DNA of 63,853 nucleotides from Oculina patagonica (Eukaryota): NCBI RefSeq assembly GCF_052425735.1, contig NC_135768.1, positions 9,858,001 to 9,921,853 of the forward strand, read 5' to 3'. Shown piece by piece: positions 23,154 to 34,000 of this stretch (position 1 is its first letter; each line of letters starts with the position of its first letter). The notes under the pieces were generated by a model. It saw only the letters and a program-made list of their open reading frames with translations, ran no database searches and was not told where the DNA came from. The position numbers and the translations under genes were made by a program.

Positions 23154-26100
23154 ATGAAGCTGTTATTCTCCTTTGTTGTCTTGGTGTTCGTTTTGAATAA
23201 TCCAAATGAAGCCAAGGTAAGTTATATATAATGTTCAATATCATAGCATTGAAGTGATGATATCCGTTAAAAACGGTCCATCGCATTTCGGGTGGGAAAA
23301 AAGTTTTCAATCAAACTTTGCCCAGTGAACTATCTTGTAAGTAAATGCATTACGACTTAATTTTTTGGAAATACGTTAAGATATATTTTTGCAAGGCTGC
23401 AAAAGGCTATTTGTGAGCGTGATGAGCACAACAAACTGTACAAGTTGACGAGCTCGCTGCTCAAAAACCACCAATCGCAACAAGATATTGTTATTATTCC
23501 TAAGTCAAGTAGTCCTTTGAAGGTTGGAATTGAATTTTAATTTTGATATATTTTGATTAACAGGTCCGTGAAAATTTAAATATTAGCAACCGTTAGATCG
23601 CCTTTGTAAACATGCAAAAGTATGGTGTCTTCGCCGGCCTTTATTTCACAAGTCCAGACCGGCCAATTCTAAATTCCAATTGAATCCTACTAAAGAGATG
23701 GCGGGAAGCATGGAAATATAAAAATACCCTGCGCTTTTTGTCTTCCTTTGTCACAGCAACTACGAACTTTTGGTGCTTATGTTAGTATTTCACACACATC
23801 ATAAGTTATGCAAACGAGGCTGTTAAACAAGCGCCAAAAGAACCGTTTTGATTGTTAGATTTCACCATTCTAAATCGAAAATATAAGACATCTGGCACAG
23901 ATTAAACTTGTAAAACGATTTTAATACATTATATGAAATTTTCGCGACACTTTAATTTCGTGAATTTTGCGATTCTAAAAAAATCGCGAAATTAAAGTGA
24001 CGCGAACAATAAGTGTCGCGAACATAACATGACGCCAATATAAAGTGACTTGCATATGTCATTAATCAATGTAAATGGATGTTGTCGTCAATTGACTCAC
24101 TTGAAGACACTGTGAGAAGTGATCTGTTGTTGCTATTGCCGAGATTAAGTCCCCCCTGTGTTTTTGTTAATTTTGACGCTAATGTTCCTTCGATGAAGTC
24201 GTTTTATATAATTCAAAGGCATGTCAATTGTGTCTCACTCAAAAACGCACAATTAAAGTGATTAAAAATACAAACATTTTAGCAAAATCGCGATATTTAA
24301 GTGTCGCGAAATATATACTACTTATTAACCGAGAGTGAGGTCATTACAGGGGAATCTCAGACCGAGGTCTTGATGTATTGACCGAGCGACAGCGAGGTCA
24401 ATACATCAAGGTCGAGGTCTGAGATTCCCCTGTAATGACCGAACGGACGAGGTTAATAAGTTATTTATTATATGGCCTTTAAGCACTATTCAAAAAAATC
24501 AAGGGAAAAAACACTGGAGGTAAAACTCGCTCTCGCTCTCGCTCTCTGTGGCTCTCTTCGTTGCTCATACTAAAGAAGTATCGGTATGCTTGTATTTTTC
24601 TTTCAGTTATTGAAAAGATAGTTATATTTTGTCGGCATTTTTTGTTGTTTTTGCCCCCTCGCTAGTAGCTTTTACTCACAACTCAAAAAACCGTCGAGCC
24701 GAGAAAAATTTTCATAATGCCCGGTCATTACAAGAAAATAATGCCCGCTCAGCAGCCAATCAGAGCGCGCGTACTATTGTAGCCATATAATAAGTGCACT
24801 TTAAAATCGCGAAATTAACGTGTCGCGAGAATTTCATGTAATAAGGTAGCTAAAATGGAAGAATTATTGAGTATTAATTTTTTAGAAATAAAATTTGCAT
24901 GCTTTTAAAGGAAGGGGGCAAATGTTTTGCAAATTTCGTTGTCTGCAAAATTTGGTCCGGTTTCAAGAAATCTTTATTGATCAATTTAATTGATCCTTTA
25001 GAAAACAGTTATGTGCTATAGTTCACTGGGCAAATCTTTTTTCATCCTCTGAGACCCAGGGGTAGTTAGTGGGGACGACGGGCAGCTTATCGGGACGACG
25101 GGATTTTCGGTTAACTTTCGCCCGAAAATCCCGTCGTCCCGATGTACTGCCCGTCGCCCCCACTAACTGCCCCTTGGTCTCCGAGGATGAGCTTTTTTCG
25201 ACCCGAAATACACAAAGCTCATGATATTTATTTATAATTCTGGAATGAGAATGGCCAAAATGTGAAATCCGCGCGTTTTTCAATTCCGCATTCCTTTTTC
25301 GGAATGGAGAGATTGATATCAATCATTTCTAATGCTTTGAGCACCATTTCCTTATACTATTTTCAGCCCAAAGCCTTGGTAGGCAATTTGCAAAATTTCT
25401 ATTGTTTGAATATCCAGGACTTGTATTGATTCCTTTTAAACTTGGTCGATTTCCTCCCCTTATCGTCATTAATTCATTCCAAGAAAAGCAACCGGATTCT
25501 TTTGTGAGACAATCTTTTTAAATTTCATCAGAACTTCACACCACTGGTGAAAATACTTATTACTCTAGTCTTATTTTAATTTTGGAAATTTTAGTCCTGA
25601 TTTACTTTATCTCTTTCTTTTAAACAGGTACCAGAGATTCCATCTAATTTGGCTAATTTAACAACCTACCTTGAGAACCGGGAAAACTTGTTGACCACAG
25701 TCTCCAACAGCCTTGCAACGTCTAAACTCACTTTGACCCAGCTGTTAACTCACCATCAAAATCATCAAGTCATGTTGCAGCAAATGTTTACAAGCCTTGA
25801 TATCACTTATAAACAGCTAACATCCGCTTATAGTAAGTTTGTTGTCCAGTTGAAATTTGTTTTTTGACTGGTATAATTTGACAATTGGCACAACATGTCT
25901 CGTATCCTCTTTAAAATGTACTCGTATTTTCTTGGGCAGAATGATGGCTTCTTGGACCCATTGTAAACGTCTGTTTCTCCAGTGAACGTATATGCTCGTT
26001 AAATTGTCTAATTTACTTTTAATCAATTAATTACTTAATTTCTTCAATTTCACGGCGTTAAAGGGACACTGTCACTAGGATTTTTATGCTTTTGTGTAAA

Positions 26101-26654
26101 AAGTAATAAAATCGGTGAAGTGGCCTTGCCTGTACATGAAATGCACCTAGCACATCAAAATGAAGATATACAGTAAATTGTTGTTGAAGAAAGAGATGAC
26201 CCATTATTATTTTTAGCTGTCTTTACAGGCCACAAGGGCAGAACTTGAAAAAGTCAGCCTGACTTTTTCAAATTGAGATCTAAAGTTCCTGATGGCATTA
26301 ATAATAGTATTACTTGTTTATAGCTTCAGTACACTGACATAGTATATTTTTTAACAAAACTGAACCACTATTCCTAAGTTTCCCTATGTCGTAAGGCTCT
26401 TGAATATTTGAAGTGAAGCTCGTTGCAGTGTCTCATGAACCTGCTGGAAGGTACTGTAATTGAGCAGAAGGGTGATTCTTTCTTTCCGAAAATTTCTCAA
26501 AGTGTATATTCGCTATTTCAGATGGTGTAACCTGGGCGAAGATATCCTTCATGCTTTCGAGTTGAGACCTTTTTTTACCTAAACTTACATATATGTTTTT
26601 TTCCGCATAGCCCTCGCCAGTTTGTGTGCCTTGTACCATAACGGAGGAAAATAA
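23154..26654 (+). CDS. Secreted coiled-coil protein, paralog C (103 aa, 3 exons)
   Basis: Exons 23154-23216, 25628-25832, 26611-26654. MKLLFSFVVLVFVLNNPNEAK VPEIPSNLANLTTYLENRENLLTTVSNSLATSKLTLTQLLTHHQNHQVMLQQMFTSLDITYKQLTSAY TLASLCALYHNGGK*. Exon 1 and 2 lengths (63, 205 nt) identical to A and B. Confidence 0.85.
23925..24848. mobile_element. MITE (atgaaattttcgcgacac TIR family) with a nested hairpin-containing element at ~24317-24793
   Basis: Inverted termini atgaaattttcgcgacac / gtgtcgcgagaatttcat; internal ~100-bp palindrome 24340-24440. Confidence 0.6.
25043..25189. mobile_element. Palindromic MITE with 9-bp TSD (Academ-like)
   Basis: catcctctgagacccagggg...ccccttggtctccgaggatg; flanks ATCTTTTTT / AGCTTTTTT (1 mismatch). 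Confidence 0.65.
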
Positions 26655-26957
26655 TGGTGGCAACACAGAAACCCTTCTATACAACAGGAAGCCCAACAAA
26701 ATAGTGTTAGCCAGAGGACCTAAGCCAAGTATTACTCACATAGCAGACTTTGTATGGCATATGTAGAATCTAATAAAGGGCATGGCAAAGCAATATTGTT
26801 TCTTTTGCGTCTCGTACAGTATCTAATTAATCATTTTAGCATATTGGAAAAACCCTTACTCAACTTATCTGGCATGAACTCCAAAATCCTGTTTTGAATT
26901 TATCACGTTTACACGCATTCATTTCTATTATTGCGTGTATGGATATATGTTTTTACT

Positions 26958-27668
26958 TAACACAAATATTTGTCTGCGCTGACTAATATCAAACGTTTTA
27001 AACGTTTTTTGAAACTCTTAAAAAGACGTTCAGGCCGAGAATTTTTGGCCTTCCTCGGTTTTGAAAAAGCCAACGGCTTACAACGGTTACATTATGCGCG
27101 TGCGAGAGTATCTCACGGAACATGCGTGACATGGCAAAAAACGCGCGATCGCTGCGCGTGACTTTAAATGTCGCACTAGCGATTTGTAAATCTCGGGAAT
27201 GTCTATATGTTGATTTCCCGCGTTCTGGTCCCTAAAGCGGCCTTCACACTACAAACTATTGGCCAACTCGTGTTGGCAAACTTAAGTTGGTGTGTGTGAA
27301 CGACGCAATCAACGGTAAACAAGTTGTCCAACTGTTGGCGACAAAATAGAACTTGTCTCTATTCCCACCAACAGTTTGCCAACTTGTTTGCCAACTGTTG
27401 TTGTGTCGTTCACACACACCAAATGGTGCAATGCCAATCATAGAACACGTAAACAACACAATAAATCAATCAAAATTCAAAGTAAGTAATTACATTGAAA
27501 GGTAAACGCTGAAATTGCAGTAAGGAATATTCACATAACACAAATATTTGTCTGTCGCTGACTAATATCAAACGTTTTAATCAACGTTTTTTGAAACTCT
27601 AAAAAAGACGTTTCGGCCGAGAATCTTCGGCCTTCCTCGGTTTTGAAAAAGTCAACGGCTTACAACGG
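26958..27668 (-). mobile_element. Non-coding element bounded by ~130-bp direct repeats, each carrying a hammerhead-like motif (Penelope/retrozyme-like)
   Basis: Repeats 26958-27086 and 27536-27668; minus-strand motif aaaa CCGAGGA a ggccga...ucggcc GAAA cg UC uuuu at 27603-27644. Confidence 0.55.
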
Positions 27669-27700
27669 CGCTTCCAGTTTAATCATAACGTTTTATAAAT

Positions 27701-29371
27701 AACGCTTTCAAGCCCTTGAGGAAGAACCGGGCGAACATGACCTCAGCAATTTCCACCAGACAATGAGAGAAGCAGGAGAGGCGATTCTGGGATTCAGAAG
27801 AAGGAAGAAAGAAGAATGGATACAGCAAGGAACATGGGAAAAGATCAATGAAAGGAAACAGATGAAGAAGAAGATAAATTCAACAAGATCAGAGAGTGTG
27901 AAGGACCGCTGCAGAAAGAAATACCAAGAACTGGATAAGGAGGTGAAAAGGATGGCCAAGAGGGACAAGAAGGACAACGTCGAGAACCTGGCTGAGGAGG
28001 CAGAAGAGGCTGCAGCACAGCAAGACCTGAAAACGTTATATACCATCGTTATATACACTCCGGGGTGGATACAGCAGTGGAAACAGGCCCGTTAAGGATA
28101 AGAATGGCACGGTTCTATCTCGAGTAGATGACAACTTGAAAAGATGGCAAGAGCATTTCCACAGTATCCTCAATCGACCAGACCCTGAAAACACAGCCTC
28201 AATACCCGAAGCCACACAAGACGTTGACATCAACACTGACACCCCCTCAATCCAAGAAATCAAGAAGGCCATCAAGGAGATGAAAAACGGCAAAGCGCCT
28301 GGAGCAGACGGAATCTGTGCTGAACTGCTAAAAGCGGAAAAAACTCTGATATCTACCATTCTTCAGAAGATCTTCCAAGAAATCTGGATTTCCGAGAACA
28401 TGCCTGAAGATTGGAAGACTGGCTTGATCGTAAAGCTTGCCAAAAAAGGAGACTTATCTGATTGTAACAACTGGAGGGGTGTAACACTCCTGAGTCTCAC
28501 AAGCAAAGTGTTCAGCAAATTCATACTAGAGCGCATGACTGCCGCCCTGGAGAAGGACATTCGTAAAGAGCAAGCTGGCTTCCGTAAAGGGAGATCCTGC
28601 AGTGACCACATCTTCACTCTCAGGAAGATGTTTGAGCAGGCGAAGGAATGGAACAGCACAGTCTATGCGAATTTAATAGACTTTGAAAAAGCCTTCGATA
28701 GCATCCACAGGGAAACGCTATGGTGCATCCTTCGACACTACGGAATACCATCCAAGGTAGTGAATATCATCAGGATGCTGTATCACGACTGCCACGCCCA
28801 GGTCATCTGTGAAAACCAGGTGACAGAGCCATTTATCATTCAAACGGGCGTAAAGCAGGGGTGCATACTGTCACCGTTTCTATTTTCTCTCTGTATTAAA
28901 GACTAAACTCCGCTTCTTCAAGAGTAACGTTCTCACCACGTTGCTGTATGGGTGTGAGTCATGGAAGGCCACAAAAGCCATTTGCCACAAACTTGACACA
29001 TTCCATAATCGGTGTCTACGCCGCATTCTGAACATTTTCTGGCCTAACATCATTTTAAACGCCGAGCTACGCCGGGCAACCTCAACGAACAACATCAGCT
29101 CCGAGGTGAAGAAGAGAAGGTGGCGCTGGATCGGACACGTCCTCAGGATGGATCCATCATCAATTCCCAGAGTTGCTCTGCCCAGGACTCCATCTGGGAA
29201 AAGAGCAAGGGGACGACCAAAAGAGACCTGGCGGCGGACAGTTGAAAAAGAGATGCGGGAAAGCGGACTCAGCTGGGGGGGAGCTGAGAAAGACTGCAAA
29301 GAACAGGCAGCAGTGGCGGAATCTGGTAACGGCCTTATGTGCCCAAGAGCACGAAGAGGATTGAGTGTGAG
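27701..29371 (+). mobile_element. RTE-clade LINE, 5'-truncated, with an internally deleted reverse transcriptase
   Basis: ORFs 27763-28095, 28136-28906 (KAPGADGI, KKGDLSDCNNWRGVTLL, EQAGFR, DFEKAFDS, GVKQGCILSP) and 28941-29378 (RRWRWIGHVLR, GRPKETW). GAGT-type tail; candidate TSD tttataaat / tttgtaaat. Confidence 0.93.
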
Positions 29372-30893
29372 TTTGTAAATGAAAGAATTGCGCATGCTTA
29401 GCAATGTCACGATGTTTTAAGTCATTTTTCTGACAACTTTCAAATTATAGGAAACCTCAAAATAACATTACGTAGAAAACAACAAAGGAATATTAAAAAC
29501 GCGACAATAACCAAGGATGGTTTCGACTGACGAAGATTAACACGGATTACGAACGACAAACTTGAGAAAGCTTGCTAATTTTTTTAAAGGGAGTTGTCCG
29601 TGACAAAGCTCCTTTAATGAAGTAAAGAATGTGCCAAACTGACGTGTACTTTGTATATCGATAATTTGTGTCGAGACATGCATGACAGCGAGCAGAATTT
29701 GCTTATCGATCAAGGTAAAGGTTATTGATCTGTCATCGAGGCAATTTTGAAATCCATTTTTTTACAGTACGTTCAACTGTTATCCATTTATTCAAGAACT
29801 GGGCGAACGGAATGATTGATTTGCTACAAAATACTTCACGATCTTGAGTGGTCTTGTCATTTGAGTTTTTGTTCAAAATTAACTGGATGATGTTTCAGTT
29901 TCGGGCTGAAATTCGCCATGTAATCAGCCCCTTAAAGGTGCTACGTCACGGGGATTTCGCAGATTTTTGGTCTAACCTGACAGATGTGAAATTAGCAACC
30001 GGCTCACCCATGAAAAACATTATCTTTGAACATCTAAAGTAAGGTAGGAAATCAAGATACGGCTATAAATATTTAATTTTTGGTGACGTGCAGAAACAAC
30101 TTTTAAGACCTCATAGCAAAGTAACACTTTAAGTACAGCTAACAAAAACCGGCCAAAACTTTAGCACTCAAACTGACCCCGCGAGAGAAAAAAAAAGATT
30201 TGAAATTATCTATATTTCAGTTAAAACGGACGTTTCACGTTAGTTCAACACAAAATGGCGCGCGTTTCGAACATTTTTACTAGCTATCTCGTAGAGATAT
30301 GAAGCTAAGTGCATGACCACTATAAACACAAGTTATATATATTTTTTTATATACGAGGATTGACTTTAATTTTCTCGACAATGCTTTAGAATTTAATTAC
30401 GGGGTCACTAAGACAAATGAAGTTCGATAAGATCTTTTAGATAGTATATAAAATGTTGCCGTGCTTTAAGCAGCTTTTTGGTACTTAATTTTTGCACTCA
30501 TTGCTCGAACTTTCAGCGGAATCCGTCTTAAAATTTAAGTCTTACTTTTTCAAGTTGCAATCTATTTCCAAACGAGCTATCTACAGTCAAGGAGGCTTGT
30601 TAACAATTTTAGTGCTCTAATGTAGCAATTTAAAACAAAAAAAGACCATTATTTTTAGGTCTTCTACGACACAAATATAAACTTTGGCTGTTCAAAAAAA
30701 TGGTAAAATCCGTGACAAAGCCCCTTTACGACGGGCGCATATTACCTTAATCGGAATAATAGAAGAGTTAAATTACTCTTCAGAGTTGATAAACGATTAT
30801 GCTATCAGCAGTCCACGCCTGTTTTGAAAAGATGATTCTGCTCTCTTAGCTTAGATTTCCTATCACATTGGCTCAATTTCAAAAATCGTTTGC

Positions 30894-30899
30894 TATAAA
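30894..30899 (+). promoter_or_regulatory. Candidate TATA box of the CILP-like gene
   Basis: TATAAA ~110 nt upstream of the signal-peptide ATG at 31004; positional inference only. Confidence 0.35.
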
Positions 30900-31003
30900 G
30901 GCCCTAGCCTGGAATTGTATTGCAGATTTTGCTTTTCTAACCGAGAGACGTAGTATTATCTTAGCTTACGCTCACGCTCTTTCGGCAGAAGTGCTCCTCG
31001 TCA

Positions 31004-34000
31004 ATGGAAAAGTTCGTACTTCAGGCTTTGTTCCTTGTCTGGATGCTAGCAGTAACCGTAAGTTGATTTAACTGTTTTTTTTTAATACTTATTCAGTATC
31101 ATCTTAAGAGACTGATTTTTTCTTAATCCTTGGCATTATAAGACCTTTGACAACAACTTTCCTCCATCGCGCCACTAAAGCGCATCTACCAAGGATATAT
31201 CGTGCCGCTAAAATACAAGCATACTGCCTTGGATAAGCGCTGAAGTATTTTCTGTCCTTTTCACTGTTAACTGTGTTTATGCTCCTTTTGTATCTGGTTT
31301 TTTATTTCATAAGCGGTGCTAAATACCCTTTTCGTCACTGACCCTGCTGTCAGACAAAACAATGCATGCTTTGATATCCTTTGAGTTTTCTTCTTTCACA
31401 GAAAAAATATCAATGATTCAGAATTGTTCTTTGATAAGCGCTGAATTTTTTTTGTCCTTTTCACTGTTTTCTGTGTCTATGCTCCTATTGCATCTGGTAT
31501 TTATTTCACAAGCGGTGCTAAAGATATCTTTTCGTCTCTGACCCTGGTGTCATTTGCACTCAGACAAAACATGCAATGCGAACTTTGATATCCTTTGCGT
31601 TTTCTGCTTTCACAGAATAAAATAATTATAAGAATGAATTGCTGCCGTTTTTCCGGCATACCCAATGTGTATACCAGTAAACGTAACAACAGAAATCCTT
31701 TTCTCCTAGGTTGTTTCATCTCCCACAGAGAAAAGACAAGATAGAGGTATATAAAACTAGAGAAAATAATACATGGGCAGTTTTAGTCGCCATCAAGCTA
31801 TGTCACGAAGTACAAAATATACTTGAAATCACATGTCACCTTAATTGCTGCTTGAAACCATGCAAAACGCAAACGAAAACCGGATACCGTAGAATTCCGG
31901 TTATAAGCTCTGGGCCTTATACAACTTCGTAAGGGGTTTTGGGTGGGCTTATAAGCGAAGGGGCTTATATCTGGGAGGGCTTATAAGCGAAATAATAATA
32001 AAAAAAACGTTTCAAAAAGATCTACGGGAGTGTTGATCAAAAACGTTTTTAAGTTAAAAACGCATAATAACACAACATTTAGCCCTGTTCAGTACTGTCA
32101 TCCAGCAGAGGGGGGCTTATATCCGGAGGGGCTTATATTCGGATGTATTTTTTTGTTTCCAGGTTGATGGGCCTATAACCGGGGGGCTTATAAGTTGGGG
32201 GGGGGGGGGGTGCTTATAACCAGAATAATACTGTATTAGAAAATTTTACCTTTCAGAAGGGGCATATTAGAAAGAGATGCTTAAAGAGGGAATAAACATA
32301 AATGTAACTGTTGAGTCCGTTTACATGGGTTTATCGGAAATATCTCTTTCACATTTCAAGCAATCTAAGAACTCTCTCCTCATCTCATAAATCTATGTTT
32401 TTTTTTTTTGGGGGGGGGGGGTGGTTTGTAAATTTTGGGGGATGTTTTGGAGGATTTTTTTTTTTCAAAGGATTTGTATAATTTGGAGAAATGAGAAATA
32501 TTGAAGATTTAATATAGTTTTAAAATCATAACTGGGGTGTTCTTGCGTGGGGTCAACCGTCTGGCGGTGTTCCAAAAATGGTTTTCTTTCTTCTACCCCT
32601 TCTTTAAACTTCTTAAAGCTCTATTGAAAGCTTTAACGGTAACAAAAAATCTTCGAACAATACCTTGAGTGGAAATCTATCTGATTTATGATATAATAAA
32701 AACGTCTGTCTGTTCAGTTTCAGTCGAAATCATGATTAAAACATCGGAAATAATCGGAAGCGCTGAATCACTGATTCTGCCCTTCATCAATGTTACAGCA
32801 TGGAATAGCTTTTTTGTGAACAACAACCACGAACTATCGGTAAATCTTTCTTTATTAATAAAAAACACACTGGAAGACGATTTCCTGTCGACCATGTTTG
32901 ACAGGCATGACATAATGGCTGGTATCCAATGGCCGCTTAACCAATTAAAACTCTGGAAAGTTTCCAAATTTAAAGATAAACAAAGTGCTTGCAAAATGAC
33001 AAAGGTCACCATGAATTTGAAGCAAAAACATCACCTTTTTTGCAAATTAAATCTCTGGAAATTCTCCAGCTTTAAAGATACACATCTGGACATTGTGCTT
33101 GCAAAGTAAGAAAGGTCACCGTGAATTTGAAGCAAATAACATCACCTTTTTTGCAAATCAGTTGTACTCATGCCTCAAAATAGCACTATAATGAGGTCAT
33201 ACTGCCTGATGTTCTAACTATAGTATTATGGTCCACATTATATTACGCTGGCATAAAAACTCTTCATGTTTACAGTTCAAAACTGATTAAGTCCTTTTCA
33301 TAATAACGACTGCTTGCGATTTATTTTTTTGATGATTGAACGTTTTTATAGCGTGTGCTTTCTTTTGTATTAAAACAGCATCTGGATGCCCAAGTGACCA
33401 GTTGTCCAAATTCTCCATCAAATATGCTAAAGAACTTCAAAAGCGTGTTCTAAATATGATTCACTTTGCAAGGCCCGATGACAGATCTTGGTTAACAGAA
33501 CAACGGCACTTTAAAAGAAGGCTTCTTATGGTAAGTGAGATTTAGCGCCGGTGACCAGGGAATTGAGAGCAGAAATGTAAGAGGCTTCCTCTCTTACGCA
33601 CTCTTGATAGAGCCACTTTAGACATTTAACCTCGGCTAAATCACAGTAGAAAGGATGTACAGAGTAGAAGGTAGAGATAATTAGAACGCAGAGAAAAACG
33701 AAAAGAAAAAGGCAAGAAAAAAAATCGGTACAGCTCAGCAAAAAAGTCCAAAGATGGCTTATGCGCATACTCCAAAGTAAAATATTGTACCTTTTTACAA
33801 TCTTGTGGAAGGAATCTTCATCCAAATTCTACTGTAGTGTGAAAAAGCGCTTTTCTACTAATTAATTTGTACCACCAAAAAAATCAATTGAACGGTTAAA
33901 AAGGGTATTTATTGAGTAAATTCAATTATTCGTTTGTTTTTACAATAAGGGGAATTTGTTATGAGTGGTTGCAAGTGGTCGTTCTAATCCTCTTCACAAG

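Noticed and set aside
27708-29410. Minus-strand ORFs overlapping the RTE
   Set aside because: Antisense shadows of the plus-strand reverse transcriptase.
32669-33109. 146-aa ORF in a CILP-like intron
   Set aside because: No recognisable motif; its 3' part is a local tandem duplication and it is not needed for the gene model.
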